Shown here: one piece after another, positions 13,070-26,276 of the stretch | Numbering within the stretch: the first letter of the stretch is position 1 | Layout: every line of letters starts with the position of its first letter | Source: Eledone cirrhosa | Lineage: Eukaryota | DNA: 64,000 nucleotides | Assembly: GCA_964016885.1 (NCBI GenBank) | Contig: OZ024741.1 | Span: 558,001-622,000, forward strand | Direction of reading: 5' to 3' | Position numbers and translations under genes: made by a program | Notes under the pieces: model-generated | The model's input: only the letters and a program-made list of their open reading frames with translations | Told to the model about the DNA's origin: nothing | The model's database searches: none

Positions 13070-14187
13070 AACGAAGAATGATAAAATTTCAAGCAAAGAG
13101 TTTAATTAGGTATATTTTGTAATATTATTAACTAATTATTATAATTAACGCGCATATTTTGCTATCCTCAAACACGTTTACACATGGCATGAAATATAAC
13201 TAATCCGAGATGGCTAGGTTTCATCTTCTAACTGGATATACGAAATCCATTATGTCTTGACAACAACATGAGGTAACATTATGTTATTCACAGACACACT
13301 TTGTACACTGTTCCATATCAGAATGTATTTCCTTCGTCACATTCACAAACAGTATTGAAAATATGTTCTTCGGCAAATAAAAATGTTTTGTTCATAATAT
13401 TTCAACTAGCGATTGCTCTACTCCACGCACGACCACCATAAATTAATGACCAGCTCAACACAAGTATTGGTAGAGCGTCAGACACCATGCTTTGCAGTAT
13501 TGTTATGGTCCTTTGCATTCTAAGTTCAAATCCTGCCGAGGTTAACTTCGACTTTCATACTTACTAATTCGATAAAATAAAGTACCAGTAATGGACTGCC
13601 GTAATGGATTTGTGCCGAAAAATAGAAACACTATTAATGTGCAATAAGAGCAAAATATAACGACATTGCTCAATTATTTTATCTAATGTTGTAATAACAC
13701 AAGGAAATGTTGTTTGTGTATTTTTTTTTATATTTGCTCATAGGCTTTTACAATTTAGCTCAGCCAACAACTACTAAAAAGTGAGTTGCTTAAGATAACA
13801 ATTTAATCACAAATTGTTGCTATCTTTTAATACACTCCAACAAGTCATCAAATTATGTACAATAAAAACAAATCTTATTAATTTGCTCAGGGAATATAAA
13901 GAAAATGTATATACACTGATAATTGCAATTGTATGTAAATATTTTGTTTTTGTATTGTTTATTTTATGTTTTCTATTATGTATAATATATTGATTTAATA
14001 TTGATTGTTTTTTGTAGTTGTTTATATTAAAAGTCTGAAAATATTTTTATACATCTTACACTAATATTTATAAGATAATTTATAATAACAATTACATAAT
14101 CTAATTACATTACAACGATAATTTATTATTAATATATATCCTGTTTAACTAGAGTTATTACAAGCGTTGCCTTAAAAAAATATTAAA

Positions 14188-15140
14188 CTAGACATGAAAA
14201 ATGCGCAAGCTCAAAAGTGCCACAGAATGTTATAATAAACCTTCAAAAGTGTGGGACTAGAGTTGTTGCTAAAAAATATTGTAATCATTATATATCGTAC
14301 ATTCTGTGGCATCCTTTATAAAAATAGCTTAAACCAACGAAGCCTTTATTTTTACGCTATTTCACTTAGTTAATTCTTAGAGTGTAACATATAAAAATAA
14401 ATACATCTATGTTTAATGTAATAACAGCTATAAATAATTACGTAATATTATTATCATATACTCATAGTAACAAAATAATTGTGTTGAAACTTAATATGAT
14501 GCTTATATGAACGATCAAATCTATAATGATAATTTCTTAAATATACTAATAGTAAAATAATTTACTTATCTATTGTTACATTTTCATAGAACTATAATAT
14601 TAACAATCGTATTGCATTATCAAATTTTTATCACTACAAACTTTCATATTGGAATTACCTTAAGCCACTTATTATTACTTCGCTTTCGTACTTTTACAGC
14701 TGTAGATATTGCGCTGTATCTTATATCTAATATCAATATCTCGTGGTAATTTGCATGAAGTGTAAAATAGGTTTATTAATAACTTTAATATGAAATGTAT
14801 TATACAGGGCTGCGGAGTCGGCCAAAAATTGACTGGCTCCAACTCAGGATCCGATACTCCATTATTTCCTAAATTTCAGCTCCGCAGCTCTGTTATTATA
14901 TTAATTAATTTATTTTATAGTTGTAAATCATATTTTTATATGTTACACTCTAAGAATTAACTAAGTGAAATAGCGTAAAAATAAAGGCTTCGTTGGTTTA
15001 AGCTATTTTTATAAAGGATGCCACAGAATGTACGATATATAATGATCACAATATTTTTTAGCAACAACTCTAGTCCCACACTTTTGAAGGTTTATTATAA
15101 CATTCTGTGGCACTTTTGAGCTTGCGCATTTTTCATGTCT
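14188..15140. mobile_element. ~950-bp non-coding element with ~210-bp terminal inverted repeats (foldback/MITE-like); mirror copy at 49761-50715
   Basis: About 14190-14400 is the reverse complement of about 14931-15140 (agacatgaaaaatgcgcaagctc ... gagcttgcgcatttttcatgtct). Confidence 0.8.
14805..14892. mobile_element. 88-bp hAT-like MITE (mirror copy 50011-50098)
   Basis: TIR cagggctgcggag / ctccgcagctctg; 8-bp flanks gtattata / ttattata. Confidence 0.65.
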
Positions 15141-15163
15141 TTTATTATGTCTCTCCTTTTTAG

Positions 15164-15242
15164 GGTAAGTGCAAGAAAGTTGTTCAGAATGTTATTCTAC
15201 GCCTGTTCAATATTTTTGAAAAAATTATCACCGATGACTTTG
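15164..15242 (+). CDS. ADAM17: ADAM17-like stalk/CANDIS exon (GKCKKVVQNVILRLFNIFEKIITDDF-G)
   Basis: Pyrimidine tract plus tag acceptor and gtatgt donor; aligns with ADAM17 [27 protein letters not shown]; ends in phase 1. Confidence 0.85.
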
Positions 15243-15964
15243 GTATGTACACTGAAATTTTCCACACGTTTATACACCCTAATCAACTGTCTTAATTACA
15301 CACATCATCAAGTGTTTATCAAATATTATCCATACATTGTCGTTAATTCTATATAGACTATACTGTATAATAATCCTCACTGCTTTCTATGCTTGCAAGT
15401 GTTAGTTGGGTTGTCACATTCTCAGGTAAGACAGGTCATATGGCTATCTTGCTTATACATTCCATTCTGACATGCAGTAATGTGCAGGAAGGGGAGCAGA
15501 TGGTATGATGGACCTAGGTATCCATATTGAAGTAGGTGCTGGGGGCATCCAACTAAAGAGTTATGCAGAGCTCTCAATTCAATATAGCTACTGAATGCAA
15601 CACCCATTTAAATTTCTCAAGCTTGCACCCTCCAAAATCTGCACTCAGCTTTTTGCCCATATCAAAAGGCTGAGAAATTTATGAAGTTGAAATTCAATGC
15701 TTATGCTCGGACAAACTTATTTGGCAGATTTTAAACTACTTAGAAATGTTTATTTCTGGTTTCATCTGTTTTACATATTTGGAGTGTCTTCCTTCCTCAC
15801 ATTTCCCATTACTAGGCTCTATACATCAATTTTAGGAGCATACATTCAAAGAATTAGCCTCAGGCATCACCAAACTTGCGAGCTACTGCTAGCTTGGTTT
15901 CTATGGTTAGATATCCTTCCTAATGCCAAACAGTTCTAGGCATGTACCGGTGTGTGTTTTATTG

Positions 15965-17311
15965 TAACAGTAGCACTACCACTTGATAGAGTCAACTAGG
16001 TGCTTTTTATTGTTGTACCAACACTACCACATAAGGTGCTCTGGATGCCTTTTATCATGGCACCAGCACTACCACATGATAAGGTGGACTGGATGCTTTT
16101 TATCATGGCACCAGCACTACCACATGATAAGGTGGACTGGAAGTTGTTTATCACGGCACCAGCACTACCACATGATAAGGTGAACTGGATGCCTTTTACC
16201 ATGGCACCAGCACTACCACATGATAAGGTGGACTGGATGCCTTTTATCATGGCACCAACACTACCACATGATAAGGTGGACTGGAAGCTTTTTATCATGG
16301 CACCAGCACTACCACATGATAAGGTGAACTGGATGCCTTTTATCATGGCACCAGCACTACCACATGATAAGGTGGACTGGATACCTTTTATCATGGCACC
16401 AGCACTACCACATAAGGTGGACTGGATGCCTTTTATCATGGCACCAGCACTATCACATGATAAGGTGGACTGGATGCCTTTTATCATGGCACCAGCACTA
16501 CCACATGATAAGGTGGACTGGATGCCTTTTATCATGGCACCAGCACTACCAAATAAGGTGACTGGAAGCTTTTTATCATGGCACCAGCACTACCACATGA
16601 TAAGCTGGACTGGATGCCTTTTATCATGGCACCAGCACTACCACATGATAAGGTGGACTGGATGCCTTTTATCATGGCACCAACACTACCACATGATAAG
16701 GTGGACTGGATGCCTTTTATCATGGCACCAACACTACCACATGATAAGGTGGACTGAATGCCTTCTATCATGGCACCAGTGCTACCACATGATAAGGTGA
16801 ACTGGATGCCTTTTATCATGGCACCAGCACTACCACATGATAAGGTGGACTGGATGCCTTTTATCATGGCACCAGCACTACCACATGATAAGGTGGACTG
16901 GATGCCTTTTATCATGGCACCAACACTACCACATGATAAGGTGGACTGGATGCCTTTTATCATGGCACCAACACTACCACATGATAAGGTGGACTGGATG
17001 CCTTTTATCATGGCATCAGCACTACCACATGATAAGGTGAACTGGATGCCTTTTATCATGGCACCAGCACTACCACATGATAAGGTGGACTGGATGCTTT
17101 TTATCATGGCACCAGCACTACCACATGATAAGGTGGACTGGATGCCTTTTATCATGGCACCAGCACTGCCACATGATAAGGTGGACTGGATGCTTTTTAT
17201 CATGGCACCAGCACTACCACATGATAAGGTGGACTGGATGCCTTTTATCATGGCACCAGCACTAACACATGATAAGGTGAACTGGATGCCTTTTATCATG
17301 GCACCAACACT
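15965..17311. repeat. 48-bp tandem minisatellite (~28 copies) derived from an antisense RTE/SINE 3' UTR
   Basis: Unit atcatggcaccagcactaccacatgataaggtggactggatgcctttt; no spacers. Confidence 0.95.
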
Positions 17312-17824
17312 TTTCAACACACTCATTGCGCCATTGACCAAGCTAGAAAGATGGGGGTGAGGAGGGGAAGCTGCATGTTGCTTGCTGAGGAAAGTAGTTG
17401 TTTTCAAAAGAAAGCAAGTATTCTTATATTTAATTCTATAGACACACACACACAGTAATACATGTAGTGTTGTATAAAATATTTTCATAGTTAAATAAAT
17501 ATTTTTTCTGTATAAAACTTCGATGTTTCTAGTTGAAACAATAACCGAAATACAGTGTAATGTTTAAAGAAATACAGTGTAATGTTTAAAGAAATACAGT
17601 GTAATGTTTAAAGAAATACAGTGTAATGTTTAAAGAAATACAGTGTAATGTTTAATGAAATACAGTGTAATGTTTAAAGAAATACAGTGTAATGTTTAAT
17701 GAAATACAGTGTAATGTTTAATGAAATACAGTGTAATGTTTAATGAAATACAGTGTAATGTTTAATGAAATACAGTGTAATGTTTAATGAAATACAGTGT
17801 AATGTTTAATGAAATACAGTGTAA

Positions 17825-20800
17825 TCTATATATATAAAACAGAGGATGTGTGTTTGTTTGTGTGTGTGTGGATGCTACATTATTCGAGGTTGGCGTCAAC
17901 ACCGCTCGCCCGATCTCGCTCAAATTTGCATACATCACTCCTCGTGACCCTTTACATTGCTTAGGCTATTTTGTTTTTTGATCGGTCCCCCCAGGGGCCC
18001 GCAATCCACCTTTTTGTCTATTTTCGGTGAAATCAGGAGATGAGGTTGCATTTTATGCACGCGTGAAAAATTTTTCCTTTTGAGTTTTTTTACCCGTTTT
18101 TTTGCTAATTTGGGTAGAAAAGAGTCTAAATTTTGTTGACGTGCTCGAATCATTTCGAAATTCAGTCGAGAGTGAAGCTTGAGGTCGAATCTCCACTTCG
18201 TATATAGAGAGACAGGAATAACAGGTCTTATAGTAACATTACCTTCCCCTTCCTCCTTCTTTAGAGAGAGAGAGAGAAAGATAGAGAGAGAAGTTTTGGG
18301 TGTCACAGAAATATTACATTTCCCTCTCCACTTTGGTCAGTGAGCGAACCACTGTTGCTATAGTAACATTACCTTCCCCCTCCCCTTCTTTATTGAGCGA
18401 GGAATATAGAGAGAGACGTTGTTGGTGTTACAGTAACATTACCTTCCCCTCTCCACTTACTTTGGTCTTTGAGACCGAGGGAACCACTGTTGCTATAGTT
18501 ACAGCTTCACATAACACAAACCAGTTCCTGCCAGTTCTGACCACCTGGCACCAGTTGAGTCAGTTTTTGCTTTCTTTCGGTCAAGAAGTGGACAAATTTT
18601 CGCCTTGAATCAAAAGAAAAATTTCCTGGACGGCTGGAGGTGGCAGCTTTTATTCTGTTTTGGCAAGACTGCTATCAAAAAATTCTGCAGACTCTTATCG
18701 TTGATTTGAGTGGCCTGCAAAGCTTTGGTTTTCAAACGCTACACTTGCTACTTGGTTAGGCTACTGTGTAGACGTGTGCTTCACTCTCACTGCATTACAT
18801 TTTGTGACCTCGCTTTCGGACTTTGCCATTCCCAGTACGTTTTTTGTTCACTTTATTCTTGCTTAAAATTGTAACAATTTGTCACTTTTTTTACCTTCCC
18901 CAAAATACTGCTTATCACCTTCGCTTTTTTGCCTTTGCTCTAAACCTGCTTCCCCTTTACTGTTTACTGTACTATTGCAACCATGCCACTGAAAAGAAAG
19001 AGTACCCTTAGCCGTAGGAAAACATCGTCTGTTGTTTCAAAAAAAGAGGCGATTGAATGAGCAGTCTACGGATGCTGGACTGCATTTTTGGCCACAAACC
19101 CCTGTTACTTCGCTTTCAAACTTAAGTACCCCTAGCACAGCCCAACCCAGCGCCTCTCTATCTACGGTTACCGCTTCAAATCGTGCCATTCGTAATTGTC
19201 GGAATGCAGTTGCAACAGCCGCCTCTAGGGCAGCAGAGAGTGACAGCCAAAGAGCTCTTCGTAGGGCTAGGAATGCTGCAACTACTGCTGCTGCAAGGGC
19301 CTCCGAAACTAAACAGCAAACAGCCACCAGACGGTCAAAGAACGCTGCTTCAACCGCCGCCTCCCGTGCCGCAGAAACCGACCAGGAGACAGCCATCCGA
19401 AGGTCCAAGGACTCCGCCTCCAAGGCAGCTGCCAGAGCATCCCAGACCGAGATACAGACAGCCATCCGAAGGTCCAAGGACTCCGCCTCCACCGCAGCTG
19501 CCAGAGCATCCCAGACCGAGATACAGACAGCCATCCGAAGGTCCCAGAACGCTGTATCCACCGCCGCCTCCCGTGCCGCAGAACATCAAACAGCCCGCCG
19601 TGCTCGGTTGGACACAAACAACGCACGAAGAGACACCGCCAGAGGAACAACGAGTCCACATGAGTCATTTTGGCTTATGAAGGCTTTCAACTACGATCCA
19701 ACAGTAAAATACTCCGACCGTACGGACATTCAACTAGGCAGGATGGATGTCATATGCCAATTCTGTGGTGCAGAGAAGTGGCCCGGAGAACCACCTGGCC
19801 TGTGCTACTCTAATGGGAAGGTTTAACTTCCTCCTTTGGCGGCCCCTCCAGAACCTTTCCGAGAACTTCTTAGTGGAGAGACCTCTACGTCAACAGACTT
19901 CCTTGGCAACATAAGGAGATACAACTGCGCCTTCCAGATGACTTCGTTCGGGGCCAAAATTGTCCGAGAAAGCGGGTGGATGCCAACCTTTAAGGTTCAG
20001 GGCCAGGTTTACCACTATGTCGGTCCTCTACAGCCTGCGCCGTCAGCGCAACCCGCCTTCCTGCAAATTTACTTCATAGCTGACTACAAGCAGGCTGACA
20101 TGCACTCATCTATCATCCCAGCTGATGGCACTAAAGAGAACCTGGACAGAGACGTCCTCCTTGCGCTGCAGCAAATGCTACACTCTGAAAACAGCTACGT
20201 GCAGAGCTTCAAGTACGCCTTGGAGACTACTGACCTGCCTAACTTCAACATTGTCATCGATGCCGACAAAAGACCATCCGGAGAACACGCCCGTCGATTC
20301 AACGCGCCCGCGTGCAACGAGGTGGCAGTCGTCCTTCACGGAGACCAGCACAACCCCCGGGATATCGTCATATCCAACCGTGCAACTGGCCTCCACAGAA
20401 TACGCGAAACACACCGATCCTACGACAGCCTCCAATACCCTCTACTTTTCCCCCGCAGCGAGGACGGCTACCACTTCAAGACTCCACACTGCCAATCAAA
20501 CCAGCCCTCCGTTGCTGCCGCCAAAACCGTGTCCTGCAAGGAATTTTACGCATACCAACTCATGCCTTGGAGAAACTGTTTCAACAGTTTGTACAGATCG
20601 CAGGACCTACTGAACCAATTTGCGGTGGATATGGCAGCAAAGATGGAGTCAGAACGACTGGCCTTCATTCGAACCCACCAGCAGCAACTGCATAGCGAAA
20701 GCTACATACACGGCTTGACCAATGACGGGAATCCTCGAAACATTGGCAAGGTCTGCATCATGCCTTCTACCTTCACTGGAGGACCTCGGTACATGCACGA

Positions 20801-23800
20801 GAGGACTCAGGATGCCATGACCTACGGCCGTCCTGACCTCTTCATTACCTTCACGTGCAACCCGTGCAACAGTCATACCACCACCGCCTTGACCTCATAG
20901 CGAGGGCTTTTGAGAGGAACATACAGAAAATGAAGGCATGTTGTGCAAAAGCCAACATCTTCGGCCCTGCTAGATGCCATACGTACACCGTAGAATGGCA
21001 GAAACGGGGCCTGCCTCACATTCATCTGTTACTGTGGCTGCAGAACAAGATCAACTCCAACGACATCGACAAATTTATCTGCGCAGAGATCCCCAACCCT
21101 GCCACCGACAAAGAACTCTTCGACGTCGTCACGACTTCCATGATACACGGACCCTGTTATCCGGGTTCTAACCATTCGTGTCAGAAAGACGGGATCTGTA
21201 GTAAGAGGTACCCTAGGAAATTTGTTTCAGAGACCCAGACAGGGCACGACGGCTATCCCCTGTACAGGCGCCGGTCGCCTGAAGACGGTGGTTTTACTGC
21301 CATTGTAAGGGGCAAGCAAGTCGACAATCGATGGGTGGTCCTCTATTGTCCACTTCTCACTTCAACGTTCCAAGCCCACATTAATGTGGAATTCTGTAGC
21401 TCAGTTAAATCGATTAAATATGTTTGCAAGTACGTCAACAAGGGCTGCGATTCCGCCGCATTCGCCCTCCAGTCCGACCGGGATGAGGTCAGTGAGTACC
21501 TATCGGCCCGGTACATAAGTACAAATGAAGCGTTTTGGTGAATTTTTGGTTTTTCTATCCATGAAAGGTACCCCAAAATCACAAACCTGGCGGTCCACTT
21601 AGAGAACGGACAGCGGGTTTACTTTACGGCCGCAAATGCTGCTCAAGTTGCGGCTAACCCCAAAGAAACCACGTTAACCGCTTTCTTTAAGCTCTGTCAC
21701 GTAGACGCTTTTGCGAGAACTCTAATTTCCCCTCAGGTGCCGTCCTACTTCACTTGGCGCCGCAATAGCTGGGTACGGTGAAAAACTGGTAAGGCAGTTG
21801 AATCGCATCCGGGAGTTAAATTTTCTGACTGCCTCGGTAGAGTCTACACGGTTCCCCCAACCCAACCTGAGTACTTTCACCTGCGCATTCTTCTGCACGA
21901 GGTCAAGGGGCCGCAAGGTTTCTTTGACTTAAAAACAGTAAACGGGGAACTTTGCAACACTTTTCGAGAAGCCTGCTTTAGACTTGGTCTCTTGGAAGAT
22001 GACTCCCAATGGGACTCGACCCTCGCCGATGGTGCTCTGCTGAAATCCCCACAGAAATTAAGGGAACTGTTTTCCTTTTTGCTGCACAATTGTGGCTTAG
22101 CTAACCCTTCAGCCCTTTGGCTGAAGTACAGGGACGATTTGTGCGAGGATTTCCACCACACAGCCAAACGGCAAAATCCGTCTTTAGAAGTGGGGTTCAC
22201 CGAAATCATTTACAACCAAGGGCTAATTTCCATCCAAGAAGAGGTCCTTCAACTAGGGGGAATGACTTGCCAACATACGGCTTTCCAGCCGCCAGCAGGG
22301 AAAATGTTAGTGTGCTGGGTCCAGATATTCTGTTGGAGACATCTTACAATGTCGCCATGTTGACAACTTTCCTAGATGAAAATGAACGTAAGCTTCTTCC
22401 CGAGCAAAGGGTTGCTTATGAGACTGTCGTTGACAGTGCACTGGGTGGATTAGGTTGTGTTTTCTTTCTTGATGCCTCTGGCGGTACAGGCAAAACCTTC
22501 GTTACCTCCCTCATTTTGGCGCGTCTTCGACAACAAAAATAGATTGCCCTTGCGGTCGCCGCTACCTTGCTGCCTGGAGGGAAGACGGCTCATGCTGCCT
22601 TTAAGCTTCCGTTGGACCTCGCACGAACTGATACGCCGACGTGCAACATTAGCAAGCACTCTGACAAAGCGGCACTTCTCGCAAAATGTTGCCTCATTGT
22701 GTGGGACGAATGCACCATGGCACATAAGGGTGCTCTGGAGGCATTAGATAGGAGTTTAAAAGATATCAGGAACTCCTCGGCACCCTTGGGTGGCGTGAGT
22801 TTACTGCTTTCGGGTGACTTCAGGCAAACGCTGCCTGTTATCCCCAAAGGGACAAGGGCTGATGAAGTCCGCGCATGCCTGAAGTCGTCGACGCTTTGGC
22901 CTATCGTTCGGACACTCCGCCTGAGCGTTAACATGCGGGCGCAGTTGCTCGGGGACAGCACGTCTGCTGAATTCGGCCAGGCCATCCTAGCTATAGGGGA
23001 AGGCCGACTTCCTTCCAACGAAAAGGGTGAGGTGTCGCTGGCATCTGTCAGTAATACAGTTTACAGTCCTCAGGCCCTTTTAGAAGCTGTTTTTCCAAAC
23101 CTACAGGTTAACTACACTAATTTAGATTGGCTTAGTTCAAGAGCCATCCTAGCCCCCCAAAACTCTGCTGTTAATGCTCTCAACGAAGAGCTACTCGGCA
23201 AGATTCCAGCCCAAGAGAAAATTTTTAAGTCTATAGACCGCGTCACCGATCCACAGGAGGCGACGGATTACCCAGTAGAGTTTTTGAATAGCCTTGACCC
23301 CCCCAGGTCTCCCACCCCACATCCTGAAGCTCAAGGTCGGCAGTCCGATTATGCTTATGCGTAACATGCGCCCCCCCCCCCCCCCCCCCCAAAAAAAAAA
23401 ACAGTGCAACGGCACTCGAATGGTAGACAAATCAATGATGAACCATCTCATTGAAGCAACCATTTTAACTGGTTGTGGAAAAGGTGAGACCGTCATGATC
23501 CCAAGGCTAAGCATCCAACCTTCGACCACGGACATCCCGATGGGTTTTAGGCGACATCAATTTCCCGTAAGGCCCTGCTTCGCGATCACCATAAACAAAT
23601 CTCAGGGTCAAACGTTGTCCGTGGCGGGCATTCATCTAAAAGAGCCCTGCTTTGCTCATGGCCAACTTTATGTTGCCTGCTCGTGAGTTGGTGAGTAAGG
23701 ACTCTCTTTTTTCATACACACCCAACGGTATGACCCGCAACATAGTCTACAAAGAGGTCCTGTAACGTGCATTACCACTGAGATGATTTAACACAAAAAG

Positions 23801-24493
23801 AGTTTATATATATACAAACACATACACATACTCACATACAGATATATATATATCATTATCTATAAAAGCGAGTGTGTGTGCATGTTCCTTTTCTATACGA
23901 TTAAAAAAAAACACCTCCTTCAATGGAAAATTACTTATCAATATTCGAAATAGCTTCAATTAGGTCATGCAGAATTTATATATTTAAAATTGATCCCCAA
24001 TTACGCAAAAAAATCTATAAAACTCAATAATTCACGATATACCTCTCTCATAAATCTGATATCGAAACTGAAGATTACGACCCTAAATGGTGGACAGTTC
24101 GAAATACTGCTGCTGCTGTGCTTCTGGCTGTTGCTCATCTCATTCTATCAGGCTCTTCCAACAACTTTACAGTACTTTATCATCCGTTAAAAAAAAACTG
24201 TTTTTTGGCTGTTTTTTGTTTTCGACAGAAAATTTATTACGATTTCTGTTTGCTATTCTTAATATATATATTTTTTTTGTGTTCCCTTTTTGTGATTTTT
24301 GTTGGTTTCTTGGTTGAGAAAAGAAGATGGTAAAACCGGGTTGAAGGGATTTTCATTTCTAAATTCTATTATCATTACAACTTTGACATATTTTATGTAA
24401 AGTGAATATGAGAAAAAAAATTCTTCATATTTATTGTTTCCTAATCTGAATAAAAACAGCAGTAACCCGGGCAACGCCAGGTCATTCAGCTAG
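17825..24493 (+). mobile_element. Helitron with decayed Rep-Helicase coding region (~18983-23765)
   Basis: 5' TC, 3' hairpin (acccgggcaacgccaggt) plus CTAG, inserted A|T. Rep motifs PDLFITFTCNP, EWQKRGLPHIH and KYVCKYVNKG; Pif1 helicase motifs GGTGKT, WDECTM, GDFRQ and TINKSQGQT; several stops and frameshifts. Confidence 0.95.
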
Positions 24494-24647
24494 TGTTTAA
24501 TGAAATACAGTGTAATGTTTAAAGAAATACAGTGTAATGTTTAATGAAATACAGTGTAATGTTTAATGAAATACAGTGTAATGTTTAATGAAATACACTG
24601 TAATGTTTAATGAAATACAATGTAATGTTTAATGAAATACACTGTAA

Positions 24648-25301
24648 TCTATATATATAAAACTGAGGATGTCTGTCTCTGTGTGTGTTGTTAAATTTGA
24701 ATCCCTAAAACATGAGAACCACCAAACCGACTGTTTTCAAACTTTACACATGTAATACTTATGTTTCAGGGAGTGTTCTGAGCAAAACAATTTCAAATGT
24801 TCAATGCCCTAGGGACCGCATTAGGCGATTTAGCGATCTCGCTCTATAATTCTTAGTCTTTCTCTTTTTAGATAGATACATACATATAACATCGCGCCCT
24901 TATAATATCTGTCTGTATGTCTGACTGTCTGCATTACGTCACTTTCCTGACGATGTCTGTCTGTGTGTGCGTGTGTGTCTGTGTCTGTGTCTGTGAGTTT
25001 GAATCCCTAAAACCCGAGAAGTACCCAACTGATTTTTTTCAGACTTTACATGTGTATTACTTAGGGAGTGTTATGCACATAAAAAAAATTCATTTTCTTG
25101 ATCCCCCAGGGCCCGCATTAGGTGAAAACCTGCATTTTTCCTGCTTCATCGAGGAAAATCTTAAAGATTACCCAGCCATCAGAGTATTTGGTTTATTTTC
25201 TTTACATATTGTCCAGGCATGCAGTTTTTCCACGATTAGGACTGTTGGCAGCCCACGTTCCAAAATACCTTATCCCGTGCAACGCCGGGTACCACTGCTA
25301 G
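24648..25301 (+). mobile_element. Non-autonomous Helitron
   Basis: Starts TCTATATATATAAAAC like 17825; ends cccgtgcaacgccggg...CTAG; inserted A|T in the satellite. Confidence 0.88.
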
Positions 25302-26276
25302 TGTTTAATGAAATACAGTGTAAAGTTTAATGAAATACAGTGTAATGTTTAATGAAATACACTGTAATGTTTAATGAAATACATTGTAATGTTTAATGAA
25401 ATGCATTGTAATGTTTAATGAAATACACTGTAATGTTTAATGAAATACACTAATGTTTAATGAAATACACTGTAATGTTTAATGAAATACAGTGTAATGT
25501 TTAATGAAATACAGTGTAATGTTTAATGAAATACACTGTAATGTTTAATGAAATACATTGTAATGTTTAATGAAATACATTGTAATGTTTAATGAAATAC
25601 ACTGTAATGTTTAATGAAATACACTAATGTTTAATGAAATACACTGTAATGTTTAATGAAATACACTAATGTTTAATGAAATACACTAATGTTTAATGAA
25701 ATACACTGTAATGTTTAATGAAATACACTGTAATGTTTAATGAAATACACTGTAATGTTTAATGAAATACACTAATGTTTAATGAAATACACTAATGTTT
25801 AATGAAATACACTGTAATGTTTAATGAAATACATTGTAATGTTTAATGAAATACATTGTAATGTTTAATGAAATACACTGTAATGTTTAATGAAATACAC
25901 TAATGTTTAATGAAATACACTGTAATGTTTAATGAAATACAGTGTAATGTTTAATGAAATACACTGTAATGTTTAATGAAATACATTGTAATGTTTAATG
26001 AAATACATTGTAATGTTTAATGAAATACACTGTAATGTTTAATGAAATACACTAATGTTTAATGAAATACACTGTAATGTTTAATGAAATACACTAATGT
26101 TTAATGAAATACACTGTAATGTTTAATGAAATACACTGTAATGTTTAATGAAATACACTGTAATGTTTAATGAAATACACTAATGTTTAATGAAATACAC
26201 TAATGTTTAATGAAATACACTGTAATGTTTAATGAAATACACTGTAATGTTTAATGAAATACACTGTAATGTTTAA

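Larger units (their letters stand above)
11611..15140 (+). repeat. Left arm of a long inverted segmental duplication (partner 49761-56439)
   Basis: Near-identical reverse-complement match over about 3.5 kb, checked by eye at many points. Confidence 0.93.

Noticed and set aside
15965-17311. Regular 48-bp repeats resembling a CRISPR array or a repeat-protein gene
   Set aside because: There are no unique spacers and no cas genes, the context is eukaryotic, and the ORFs are artefacts of a 3n period.
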